A stretch of 53,214 bases of DNA, taken from NCBI GenBank assembly GCA_041490745.1, contig JBGPTS010000002.1, positions 1 to 53,214 on the forward strand. Reading direction: 5' to 3'. This DNA comes from Candidatus Binatia bacterium. Lineage in GTDB: Bacteria > Desulfobacterota > Binatia > UBA9968. The notes beneath the pieces were generated by a model, which was not told where the DNA came from, searched no databases, and saw nothing but the letters and a program-made list of their open reading frames with translations. Both the position numbers and the translations under genes were made by a program. Each line of letters begins with the position of its first letter. Position 1 is the stretch's first letter. Positions 9,680 to 18,270 of this stretch are shown piece after piece.

Positions 9680-10483
9680 ATGGTAAAAAGCAAAATAATC
9701 ATTCTTCTCATCCTCCTCACCCTGTGGCAATGGCTCATCTTGCCCGGCCGCGCATTCAGTTTTTGCCACGAGATCGAAGTCGTCGAGGCGCGCTTCATGC
9801 GCGCGGCGACGACGAGCGCCGCGCCCGCCGTGTCGCTCGAGTGGCTCGGCCACTCGACGTTTCAAATCACTTCTTCGAAGGGCACGCGCATCTTGACGGA
9901 CCCGCACGGGCGCGGCGACCTGCCCGCGCCGAGCGGTCCGCAAGACATCGTCACCACGAGCCACCCGCACGGGCCGCACAGCGCGGTCTGGATGGCCAGA
10001 GGACAGCCGGTCGTCCTCGAAGGACTCACGCCGAGCGGCGAGGACTGGAAGAGCGTGCACACGAGCATCCGCGACGTGTCGGTCTATTCGGTTCCCGCGT
10101 ACCACGACAAGAGCCAGGGCCTGCAGCGCGGCAAGAACGCGATCTTCGTTTTTCGCGTGGACGATGTCTGCATCGCTCACCTGGGCGACATCGGCCATGA
10201 GCTGACACCGGCGCAGCTTAAGATGCTGGGCAAGATCGACATCTTGCTGGTGCCGATCGCCGGCGGATTTTACACCGTGACCGCCGCCGAGGCGAAAGAG
10301 GTGACGAAACAGGTGAAACCGAAAATCGCCGTGCCGATGCACTACGACTGGGACGGCCCGCTGGCCGACTTCGCGGCCGGCGTCCCGCGCGTTCGGCCTT
10401 TGAGCGGGCCGGTGCTGAAAATTTCCAAGGCGGAGTTGCCGCAGGCGACCGAGGTGGTGGTGTTTCCCGTCAGGTTCCGGTGA
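9680..10483 (+). CDS. secreted MBL-fold metallo-hydrolase
   Basis: Start at MVKSKIIILLILLTLW (signal peptide) just after the upstream stop at 9671. LEWLGHSTFQI...TSHPHGPH...AVPMHYD matches the beta-lactamase-fold pattern. Confidence 0.7.
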   Translation: MVKSKIIILLILLTLWQWLILPGRAFSFCHEIEVVEARFMRAATTSAAPAVSLEWLGHSTFQITSSKGTRILTDPHGRGDLPAPSGPQDIVTTSHPHGPHSAVWMARGQPVVLEGLTPSGEDWKSVHTSIRDVSVYSVPAYHDKSQGLQRGKNAIFVFRVDDVCIAHLGDIGHELTPAQLKMLGKIDILLVPIAGGFYTVTAAEAKEVTKQVKPKIAVPMHYDWDGPLADFAAGVPRVRPLSGPVLKISKAELPQATEVVVFPVRFR

Positions 10484-10570
10484 GATTTTTTTCCGGCGCC
10501 GCGCCTGTCGTCGTTGATATTTCCCGCCTGTTCAGCTAATCGAAACCATGATGGAGACGGAGGAGCGAAC

Positions 10571-11539
10571 ATGAAAGCCATCCGCGTGCATCAGCATGGC
10601 GGCGTCGAAGCCCTGAAGTACGAAGACATCGCCGCGCCCGAGCCCGGCGCCGGGCAGGCGCGCGTGAAAATCGAGGCGATCGGGCTGAATTACATCGACA
10701 TTTACCAGCGCACCGGCCTCTATCAGCTTCAACTCCCGCTCACCTTGGGCATGGAAGGCGCGGGCGTCGTCGATGCCGTCGGTCCGGATGTGAAGGAAGT
10801 TAAAGCCGGCGACCGCGTCGCCTATTCGATGATTCCGGGATCGTACGCCGAATATGCCGTGGTGCCGGCCGCGCGACTCGTTCCCCTGCCGAAAAATATC
10901 GACAGCCGGACTGCGGCGGCGACCATGCTTCAAGGCATGACGGCGCATTATTTGACGCACAGCACCTATCCGCTGAAACGCGGCGAGGCCGCGCTCGTTC
11001 ACGCAGCGGCGGGCGGAGTCGGGCTGTTGCTCGTTCAGATCGCCAAGCGATTGGGCGCGAGAGTATTCGGCACCGTTTCGACCGAGGAAAAGGCGCGGCT
11101 GGCGCGCGAAGCCGGCGCCGATGAAGTCATTCTTTACACGCAGCGGGATTTCTTGGCGGAGGTCAAAAGGCTAACGAACGGGCGCGGGTTGGATGTGGTT
11201 TACGATTCCGTCGGCCAGACGACGTTCGACAAAAGTCTCGACTGCTTGCGCCCGCGCGGATATATGGTTCTTTTCGGACAGTCGAGCGGCCCCGTGCCGC
11301 CGTTTAATTTGGGAACGCTCGCCGCCAAGGGATCGCTCTTCGTGACCCGCCCCACGCTGGTGCATTACGCAATCGAGAGAGGAGAATTGCTTGAGCGGGC
11401 GAACGATCTCTTCAAGTGGATCGCAGCCGGAGAATTGAAACTCAGGATCGACAAGACCTTTCCGCTGGCCGATGCCGCTGAGGCGCACCGGCAACTCGAA
11501 GCGAGGAAGACGACGGGGAAGGTGCTGCTCCTCCCCTAA
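10571..11539 (+). CDS. qor: NADPH:quinone oxidoreductase (zeta-crystallin/MDR family)
   Basis: [20 protein letters not shown]..., [14 protein letters not shown] nucleotide fold, C-terminal GKVLLLP. GGAGACGGAGGAG RBS upstream of the ATG at 10571. Confidence 0.85.
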   Translation: MKAIRVHQHGGVEALKYEDIAAPEPGAGQARVKIEAIGLNYIDIYQRTGLYQLQLPLTLGMEGAGVVDAVGPDVKEVKAGDRVAYSMIPGSYAEYAVVPAARLVPLPKNIDSRTAAATMLQGMTAHYLTHSTYPLKRGEAALVHAAAGGVGLLLVQIAKRLGARVFGTVSTEEKARLAREAGADEVILYTQRDFLAEVKRLTNGRGLDVVYDSVGQTTFDKSLDCLRPRGYMVLFGQSSGPVPPFNLGTLAAKGSLFVTRPTLVHYAIERGELLERANDLFKWIAAGELKLRIDKTFPLADAAEAHRQLEARKTTGKVLLLP

Positions 11540-11596
11540 ACCCCACGCCGCCAAATTTGATTTCAGCCAAAGGACTGATCAGCCTCAGGCTGAGCC

Positions 11597-11663
11597 GATT
11601 TTCGATTTTGGATTGGGGAGGGAAATCGAAAATCGAAAATCTAAAATCCAAAATCTAAAATCG
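11597..11663. repeat. A/T-rich heptamer array (AAAATCN x6) with an inverted partner; hairpin between convergent genes
   Basis: 11623-11663 reads aaatcg aaaatcg aaaatct aaaatcc aaaatct aaaatcg. 11597-11608 (gattttcgattt) is the exact reverse complement of 11623-11634. Confidence 0.8.
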
Positions 11664-12215
11664 CTAGAATCTCTCCCCTTCCGGCTTGCGCGAAGCGCGG
11701 TTACCGCTCGTCATGGCGCGGAGCTTGTCGCGCTGCTCCGGCGACAAAACGGCTTTGGCCTGCTCGATCGTGCGGATGCGCGCGACGCGGATATCGGCCC
11801 GCAGCCGCTCGACCTCGCGCACCTTGGCTTCGGCGTTCTTGACGTCGACGGAATCCGCCTTGAGGATTTCCGACAAATCCAATTCCGCCACGCGGAGGTC
11901 GGCTTGCTTTTTCACCGCCTCGCGCTCGAAGTCGGTTCTCAACCGCTCCAAATTTTTGACCTGATCGGACGAGAGACTCAGCTCTTCGCGACGGTCGAGC
12001 ATCATGCTGATGAGCGGACGCTCGTCGGGCTGGTCCCTCGAGCCGCCGAAACGCTCGCGGAAGCGGTCCCGCATGCTCTTGAATTGATGCTCCAGCTCGT
12101 CCCAAACCGACGCCGTCTCCCGGTAAAGCCCGGGGCGCGCCCCGCGCTCCTCCGGCTCCGCGGCGACCGGTGCGGCGAGAAATATCAGCAAGGCAAGGAC
12201 GCTAAAATTTCGCAT
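11664..12215 (-). CDS. periplasmic Spy/CpxP-family protein (LTxxQ-type, heavy-metal/envelope stress)
   Basis: Start at ATG 12215 (MRNFSVLALLIFLAAPVAA signal peptide, GGAAAGGAG RBS). LSSDQ and LSPEQ motifs in a coiled, charged protein. Confidence 0.55.
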   Translation of the reverse strand: MRNFSVLALLIFLAAPVAAEPEERGARPGLYRETASVWDELEHQFKSMRDRFRERFGGSRDQPDERPLISMMLDRREELSLSSDQVKNLERLRTDFEREAVKKQADLRVAELDLSEILKADSVDVKNAEAKVREVERLRADIRVARIRTIEQAKAVLSPEQRDKLRAMTSGNRASRKPEGERF

Positions 12216-12316
12216 GGCAGTCTCCTTTCCGGATCGGCGCTCGATACCGAGAATTAAACCGCGCGGTTTCAACCAAGTCAAATGAGGCGCAGGGGGCGGT
12301 TCGCCAGCCGCCCTCC

Positions 12317-13576
12317 TTAGGTTTGCGCCATGCTCTTCTCCGCCTTTGGCTCTTCGAGAAAGACCGCGAGCGCCAAAATCCCGACGAGAATCGCCGCCGC
12401 GAGCGCCTGCCAAGCAGTCGAGTAAGAGCCGGTGACATCGACGAGATAACCGAATAGCGGCGTGCCGATGATCGTGCCCACAGAATTGAAAGTGATGACG
12501 ACTCCGAGCGCCGCGCCGGTGTTGGCCCTACCCGCGATTTCCGCGATCAGCGCGTAGGAAACGCCCTGGTATCCGACCATGCAGACGCCGGCTAAAAAAA
12601 TCAGCGGTAAAAGAACCCACAGCGAGGTCGTGCCGGGCAGCGCGCCGAGAGCGAAGGTCAACCCGACGGAAAAAAATCCGATCCACAAGAGCACGACCTT
12701 GCGCGCGCCGCGAAACAGCCGGTCGCTGACGACGCCCCAGCCGACGCGGCCGATCATGCCGCCTGCTTGCGTGAGCGCGAGCGCCTGGCTCGCCCAGTAC
12801 GCGGAAAAGCCTCTGGTCTCTTTGAGATAAAGCGGTACGTAGGTAATAAGCGCCATCTGCCCCACCAGGAGAAGCGCGGTGCCGAAGCTAAGGCAGAAAA
12901 GACTCTTCAGCCGCAGAATCGACGGCGGCCGCAACGACGGGACATTTTCCACATCAACTAAGCGCGCGCCGAATCCGGGCTCGCGCCAGAGAAACCAGAA
13001 GATCGCGCCGAAAATGAGATTAATCAGGCCCAGTCCGACGAACGAGCCGCGCCAGCCCACCAGCAAAACCAGCGAAGGCGCCAAGATCGCCGTGAGCACG
13101 CCGCCCGCGGGAACGCCGGTTTGCTTGATGCCCATCGCGGTCGCGCGCTCCTCGCGCTGGAACCATTCCATGACGCCCTTGGTCGAAGCGGGATTCAAGA
13201 AGCTGTAGCCCAGGCCGGCGAAAAGAAAAATCACGAACGCCCAGCCGAACGACGGCGCGAGCGCCGCCGCCGCGGTCGAGACGCCCAGAGCGAGGTGGCC
13301 GCCGAGCGTCGTCGAGCGGACGCCGAGCCGGTCGGCGAGCCGGCCGGCGCCGAACGAGAACGCCGCCATGCCGAGATAGAACGCGGTGAAAAATAGCCCG
13401 ATCTCGGCGCGCGAGAGCTGGAGATCCTGCTGGTAAAACGGCGCCAGCGTGTTGATGCCGTATTGCCCGCCGGCGCCGATCACGTGCGAGAGCGTGATCA
13501 GCGCGAGCATGTTCCAGCGAAACGGGTCGCGAGCTATGATGTCGGCGGTTGAGAAAGGTGGGGATCGTCGGCTCAT
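12317..13576 (-). CDS. MFS transporter
   Basis: 419 aa with about 12 TM helices. GRLADRLGVR loop motif between TM2 and TM3. Confidence 0.85.
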   Translation of the reverse strand: MSRRSPPFSTADIIARDPFRWNMLALITLSHVIGAGGQYGINTLAPFYQQDLQLSRAEIGLFFTAFYLGMAAFSFGAGRLADRLGVRSTTLGGHLALGVSTAAAALAPSFGWAFVIFLFAGLGYSFLNPASTKGVMEWFQREERATAMGIKQTGVPAGGVLTAILAPSLVLLVGWRGSFVGLGLINLIFGAIFWFLWREPGFGARLVDVENVPSLRPPSILRLKSLFCLSFGTALLLVGQMALITYVPLYLKETRGFSAYWASQALALTQAGGMIGRVGWGVVSDRLFRGARKVVLLWIGFFSVGLTFALGALPGTTSLWVLLPLIFLAGVCMVGYQGVSYALIAEIAGRANTGAALGVVITFNSVGTIIGTPLFGYLVDVTGSYSTAWQALAAAILVGILALAVFLEEPKAEKSMAQT

Positions 13577-13608
13577 TGTCAGATTTCCGAAGTACGGGGA
13601 CCAAGAGG

Positions 13609-13670
13609 GATTCTTCGCTACGCTCAGAATGACATTAGCGAGAGTGTCATCCTGAACGAAGTGAAGGATC
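13609..13670. repeat. REP-like imperfect inverted repeat (25-nt arms, 12-nt spacer)
   Basis: gattcttcgctacgctcagaatgac (13609-13633) pairs with gtcatcctgaacgaagtgaaggatc (13646-13670). 20 of 25 positions are complementary, and the rest are mostly G-U compatible. Confidence 0.7.
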
Positions 13671-13713
13671 TCTCTTAAGTTGAGGATTTCATGACATTAC
13701 GCGCTGACATCTG

Positions 13714-14550
13714 TCATGTTCCGATGCGAACCGAGTCGGCCGCATCGTTGATCGACCGGATGATGGAGAGCGCGGTCAGCTTTCCCGTGCGCGGGTTTTC
13801 ACTTGGGACGTTTTCGATGTGGACGGCGAGCCGGCCGAACTCCCCCGCGACTTCGACGTCGTGGCAATTGCGTGTCAGGCCCGGCACCGCGACGATGCGC
13901 ACGTACGTCCGGTCCGCGCCGATGCCGGCGAGGCTTACCGCCGCGGTGACGTTCACGTTGGCGGGAAAGCCGCGGCACGCCTCGCGCGCCGTGCCAAAAA
14001 AAACTTCGCGCTCGCGCTCGAGACCCGCGAGAGTGATTCCATGCTCCACGAGATAGGGCGCGCCTTCGAGGCTCTCGGGCGGCTTGCGCGTCGTGATCGT
14101 GACGGACGACACCTGGCCCGTCGCGGCGGATTTGATGCCGTCGAGGCCGGCGATCGCGCCCGACGGCACGAAGAGCCGCCGGCCGCTCTTGCGCGCCGCG
14201 TCGACGATTTCGGGATGATCGAGCAGCGCGCCGACGCTGATGACCATGAGGTCCTTGCCGGCGGCGAAAACTTTTTCCGCAAGCGCCGGCACGATCCTGC
14301 CTCCCGCCGCTTCGATGATGAGATCGGACGCGGCGATGAGCCGCGGCAAATCGAGATACGGCGGCGGTTTCGAGAACGTCGCCAAAAATTCCCGCGCGGT
14401 TTTTTCGCTACGGCTCGACACACCGGCGACGGCGACGGAAAGTTTCCCCGCGTCCGACGCTTTGATGAGCGCCCGCCCGATCGCCCCGCACCCGACGATG
14501 CCGATGGAGTTCACAGGCTCTATGTAGCTTGAAGCGGTTTGAAGTGTCAA
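13714..14550 (-). CDS. nadX: aspartate dehydrogenase (NadX-like)
   Basis: IGIVGCGAIGRAL Rossmann N-terminus. Central SGAIAGLDG plus C-terminal NPRTGKLTALS are typical of the Asp-DH (DUF108) domain. Confidence 0.75.
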   Translation of the reverse strand: MTLQTASSYIEPVNSIGIVGCGAIGRALIKASDAGKLSVAVAGVSSRSEKTAREFLATFSKPPPYLDLPRLIAASDLIIEAAGGRIVPALAEKVFAAGKDLMVISVGALLDHPEIVDAARKSGRRLFVPSGAIAGLDGIKSAATGQVSSVTITTRKPPESLEGAPYLVEHGITLAGLEREREVFFGTAREACRGFPANVNVTAAVSLAGIGADRTYVRIVAVPGLTRNCHDVEVAGEFGRLAVHIENVPSENPRTGKLTALSIIRSINDAADSVRIGT

Positions 14551-14570
14551 CGAACGGGCCGGCGCGGCCT

Positions 14571-15389
14571 TTAGATCGAAAAGTTCGTGTCCGGTACGCG
14601 CACGTCGCCGATCACCGGCTCGAGGCCGAGAATGCCGAGCACGGTCCGCTTGAGCGCGGCAAGGTTGGCGCTGCCGCGGTCGCGCGGTCTTTTTTCCGTT
14701 ACCGGGATCACCTCGCGGATGCGCCCGGGAACCGTGGACATGATGATGACCCGGTCGGCGAGAAAGAGCGCCTCTTCAACGTCGTGCGTGACCAGGATCA
14801 CGGTCTTGCCGGAATGAAGGTAGATGCGCAGCAGTTCGTCTTGCAGCGTGAGCCGCGTCATGGCGTCGAGCGCACCGAACGGCTCGTCGAGAAGCAGCAC
14901 GTCGGGATCGACAGCAAGCACCCGGGCGAGTGCCGCCCGCTGGCGCATGCCGCCGGAGAGCTGGTGCGGATAGTAGTCGGCGAACGACTCCAGTCCCACG
15001 AGGTTCAGCAGGCCGGTCACTTTGTTTTTAATCCGCTCCGGGTTTTGCCGCTCGATCTCGAGGCCGAGCGCGACGTTTTTGTAAACCGTGCGCCACGGAT
15101 AGAGCGCATGCTCTTGAAAGACGAGATTGTGCCGCGGATCAGGTCCGTGAACGTCTTTCGCGTCGATCCGCACGCGGCCGGCGCTCGGCGCGATGAGACC
15201 CGCGAGCACGCGCAACAGAGTGCTCTTGCCGCATCCGGAAGGGCCGACGATCGCCAGAAACTCGCCGTCCGCGACGCTCATGCTGATGCGGTCGATCACC
15301 TTGAGCGGCCCGAAAGATTGGACCAGCTTGTCGATGACGATTTTTTGCCGCCGGCCGGCGCCGGCCGGCGGGCTTACAGATATTTCCAT
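14571..15389 (-). CDS. ABC transporter ATP-binding protein (NitT/TauT family)
   Basis: Start at ATG 15389 (MEISV...). GPSGCGKSTLLR, LSGGMRQRAALARVL, LLLDEPFGALD. Confidence 0.9.
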   Translation of the reverse strand: MEISVSPPAGAGRRQKIVIDKLVQSFGPLKVIDRISMSVADGEFLAIVGPSGCGKSTLLRVLAGLIAPSAGRVRIDAKDVHGPDPRHNLVFQEHALYPWRTVYKNVALGLEIERQNPERIKNKVTGLLNLVGLESFADYYPHQLSGGMRQRAALARVLAVDPDVLLLDEPFGALDAMTRLTLQDELLRIYLHSGKTVILVTHDVEEALFLADRVIIMSTVPGRIREVIPVTEKRPRDRGSANLAALKRTVLGILGLEPVIGDVRVPDTNFSI

Positions 15390-16189
15390 TTGAGCAACCT
15401 GCGCTTCAACCGCTCCAAAAAGTAACCGTCCAGGATCGCGGAAACAAATCCGATGACGAAAATCCCCGCCAGTACCGCCGTCATGTCGGCGATCTCGCCG
15501 GCGAAGTTGATGAACCAACCCAACCCGATGTTGACGCCGCCCACCATCTCCGCGGCGATGAGCGAGCGCCAGGCGTTGCCGAAGCCGACCTGGGCGCCGG
15601 TGACGATGGCGGGAATAACTTCGGGCGCATAAACTTTGACGAGGAGCTGCATACGGTCGGCCCCGAGCAGGCGGGCCACGTCCACGTGCAGCGGCTCGAC
15701 CTGCTCGACGGCGTTCATCACCGACACGGTCATGGGAAAAAACGCCGCGATGATGATGACGAGAATGATCGGCGCGTCGCCGAACCCGAGCAGGATAATA
15801 AAGAGCGGCACCCAGGCGATCGGCGGGACCGATTGCAGGATCGAGACCAGCGCCCGCACCGTGCGGCGAAAAAACGTCCAGATGCCGCAGACGAGACCGA
15901 TCGTCAATCCGAGGACGGAGGCCAGGACAAAGCCGACCGAGAGCCGCAAAAAACTTTTTCCGACGGTGACGAGGAACGCTTCCCGGCCGAGTTCTTGGAA
16001 AACCCTGACCAAGACTCTGCGCGGCGCGGGGATGAGGTAGGCGGGAAAGATCAGCGCCGCAATCTGCCAGCCGGCCAAGATGGACAGAAAGGCGATCGCG
16101 TAGGGAAAAACTTTGACGAACCGGGTTTCAACCGCCCCGCGGCCCTCCGGGCGCTCTACGGTTTCTGCCGTTCCAGCTCGTTCTGCCAT
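15374..16189 (-). CDS. ABC transporter permease (NitT/TauT family)
   Basis: 271 aa with 6 TM helices, a BPD-transporter-like core, and overlaps with both neighbouring genes. Confidence 0.85.
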   Translation of the reverse strand: MAERAGTAETVERPEGRGAVETRFVKVFPYAIAFLSILAGWQIAALIFPAYLIPAPRRVLVRVFQELGREAFLVTVGKSFLRLSVGFVLASVLGLTIGLVCGIWTFFRRTVRALVSILQSVPPIAWVPLFIILLGFGDAPIILVIIIAAFFPMTVSVMNAVEQVEPLHVDVARLLGADRMQLLVKVYAPEVIPAIVTGAQVGFGNAWRSLIAAEMVGGVNIGLGWFINFAGEIADMTAVLAGIFVIGFVSAILDGYFLERLKRRLLKWKYL

Positions 16190-17145
16190 CGCAAATCGAC
16201 CACGCTGCTGAGAGGAACGTCGGTCTTGAGAATCTCCAGGCTTTTCATCACGCTGATCAGCTCTTCCATCCGCTTGAGATCGGCTTTGCTGAGACGCCAG
16301 TCGAAAATATTCGTCTTGAGCGATTGGAGCATGATCTCCTCGGGCGCGATCGTCTTGCCCTCCATCGCGAGCCCCTCTTCCGCCATGAACGCGGGCGCCA
16401 GGACGCGGGCCGCCTCGGCCGGCTTTTCCTTCATGAACTCCATGCTGCGTTTCAGCGCGGCGAGACTCTTCCGCACCGCGTCGGGCCGTTCCTTGATGAG
16501 CTTGCCGGGGACGATCACGACCATGCAGGGGAACGGCCAGACTTTGCCGACCTCGTATATTTCCGTCACCGGGGCCGAAGCCTTGGCTATGCTGTCATAA
16601 GGCTCGAAGAGAAACGCGGAGTCCACGCGTCCGGCGCGGAGAGAAGCGAGCGCCGTGGAAGGCGCCGTGTACATGATCTGCACGTCTTTCTCCGTCAAGC
16701 CCGCGTTTTTGAGCACGACGCCTTTGAGCACGATGTCCGCCGTGCTGCCGGCCGCCTGGCTCGCCAGGCTTTTCCCCTTGAGGTCTTTGAGCGATTTGAT
16801 GCCGCGGTCGTTGCGCGCGACGAGCGAATGATAGCCCTCTTGCACCTTGCCGACGATCTTGAGGTCGGCGCCCTGCGCCGTCCAGGTAATCGCGTTGGTG
16901 AAACCGAGCACGCCGATGTCCGCCTGATCCGTCACCAGCCCCTTGACCAGCGTCGGGCCGCTGGTGAACATGGTCACCTGCGCGTCGAGACCTTCAGCCG
17001 TAAAAAAACCTTTGTCGCGCGCGACCACGACCGGCGCGTCGTCGAAGACATGCACGTAAGCGACGCGGAGCTTTTCCGCGGCGATCGATGGAGCCGCCGC
17101 GATCAGAGAAACGACGATAACCGATAAAACGGTTTTGATTCTCAT
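16156..17145 (-). CDS. ABC substrate-binding protein, NMT1/THI5-like (SsuA/TauA-type)
   Basis: Signal peptide MRIKTVLSVIVVSLIAAAPSIAA. KLRVAYVHVFDDAPVVVARDKGFF is typical of the NMT1-like fold. Confidence 0.85.
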   Translation of the reverse strand: MRIKTVLSVIVVSLIAAAPSIAAEKLRVAYVHVFDDAPVVVARDKGFFTAEGLDAQVTMFTSGPTLVKGLVTDQADIGVLGFTNAITWTAQGADLKIVGKVQEGYHSLVARNDRGIKSLKDLKGKSLASQAAGSTADIVLKGVVLKNAGLTEKDVQIMYTAPSTALASLRAGRVDSAFLFEPYDSIAKASAPVTEIYEVGKVWPFPCMVVIVPGKLIKERPDAVRKSLAALKRSMEFMKEKPAEAARVLAPAFMAEEGLAMEGKTIAPEEIMLQSLKTNIFDWRLSKADLKRMEELISVMKSLEILKTDVPLSSVVDLRWQNELERQKP

Positions 17146-17227
17146 ACTGGTTCCTCCGTGATCGAGAGGATGCGTTCCCGAATTTTTGCGACCGATGGGT
17201 GAAGTCTAGTCCGCGGCCCTCCGCTAA

Positions 17228-17371
17228 TCAAGAGGAAGTTCCGAGCCCGATCACGCCGGCGATCGACACATAGAACCAGAGCGGCAGCGTCCGGCGCGTG
17301 AATCTGCGGAGAGCCTCCGCGGAGAATAACCGCGGCGGGGCGGTCGGCGCTCGTATGAAGGAAGGCAGCGA
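17228..17371 (-). pseudogene. relic of the C-terminus of a second DUF420 gene
   Basis: Minus-strand translation gives ...FSAEALRRFTRRTLPLWFYVSIAGVIGLGTSS*. This parallels ...HKRIARWTLPLWFYVSVTGVM of the intact DUF420 gene. About 46 of 52 nt are identical between 17250-17301 and 17802-17853. No N-terminal part is present. Confidence 0.55.
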
Positions 17372-17677
17372 CTAGGCTAGGCTAACTTCGGAACCGCCGT
17401 ATATTCGAATGGAATCCTCCTCCATTCGGTAGCCTGACGTAATGAGCGTTACAATGCTCCGTACGTTGCGGCTGACGTCGCCTATGCCGTTGACGGGAAA
17501 TCCGCCTTGCAAGAACCGTCCGATCAGCTTCTCGTCCCCCAGAGCCACGATCCGGAGCGATTCGGGCTTGTCCTCTTTGAAATAGTGCTCGGTCCCACGG
17601 GTGCAGTGGTCCAGTTCTCTCTGCAGCTTCGCCGATATTTTTAGCCCCACAAATAACCGTTTATCGAAATCGTCCAT
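17372..17677 (-). CDS. hypothetical protein in a visibly lower-GC segment
   Basis: 101-aa ORF (MDDFDKRLFVGLKISAKLQRELDHCTRG...). Composition is unlike its neighbours. I recognise no family. Confidence 0.45.
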   Translation of the reverse strand: MDDFDKRLFVGLKISAKLQRELDHCTRGTEHYFKEDKPESLRIVALGDEKLIGRFLQGGFPVNGIGDVSRNVRSIVTLITSGYRMEEDSIRIYGGSEVSLA

Positions 17678-17773
17678 GTCGGCGTCCCCTTCCGTCCTTG
17701 AGCCTCAGCGCTCCATCAAGCTTGCTCCGATTCAGGGCCGGATGCAATCGGTTGGAGCAACAATCGTCTTTTT

Positions 17774-18190
17774 CTAGAAACGATACAACATCCAATAGAC
17801 CATCACGCCGGTGACCGAGACGTAGAACCAGAGCGGCAGCGTCCAGCGCGCGATGCGCTTGTGGTCGATGAAATCGGCCTTGAGCGCGCGCGTGACCGTG
17901 ACGAGGACGAGCGGCACAATCGCGACCGCGAGGATCGTGTGCGACACGAGGACGGCGAAATAAATTTTGCGTATCCAGCCGTGGCCGGCGAAGGGAACCG
18001 AGCCGACGTGGTAGTGATAGATCAGATACGAAATCAGAAACAGCGAGGAAGTCGCCAGCGCCGTGAGCATGCAGCGGCGATGCGCGGCGACGCGGCCGCT
18101 GCGGATGAAAAGATAGCCTGCCCCGAGCAGCAGCGCGCTGGCCGAGTTCAACGCCGCATTGAGGCCGGGCAGCGACGAGAGCGGAATCAA
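17774..18190 (-). CDS. DUF420 membrane protein (cytochrome-oxidase-cluster associated)
   Basis: 138 aa with 4 TM helices and conserved His residues (HRRCM, HYHVG, SHTILA). It is the last gene of the cox operon. The start codon as listed is TTG. Confidence 0.8.
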   Translation of the reverse strand: MIPLSSLPGLNAALNSASALLLGAGYLFIRSGRVAAHRRCMLTALATSSLFLISYLIYHYHVGSVPFAGHGWIRKIYFAVLVSHTILAVAIVPLVLVTVTRALKADFIDHKRIARWTLPLWFYVSVTGVMVYWMLYRF

Positions 18191-18270
18191 GGCAATGGCG
18201 AAGTAAGCGGCATCAAGGCAACCGCGAAGTGAGCGGTGATCATGGCAACCGTGAAATGAGCGGTGATCAT
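18191..18270. repeat. three tandem 26/27/27-nt units at the coxIV-DUF420 junction
   Basis: ggcaatggcgaagtaagcggcatcaa / ggcaaccgcgaagtgagcggtgatcat / ggcaaccgtgaaatgagcggtgatcat. Degenerate copies extend on both sides into the DUF420 5' end and the coxIV 3' end. Confidence 0.85.

Noticed and set aside
11623-11663. CRISPR-like reading of the tandem repeats here and at 18191-18270 and 20354-20388.
   Set aside because: The units are 7, 27 and 12 nt, directly abutting with no unique spacers, and no cas genes are present. They are micro- or minisatellites, not CRISPR arrays.
17372-17677. Calling the 101-aa ORF a 2H-phosphoesterase / LigT-like protein, based on the RLFVGLKIS start and an H-x-T (DHCTRG).
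   Set aside because: There is only one degenerate HxT motif and no second one. The protein is about half the family length. The resemblance is too weak without a profile search.
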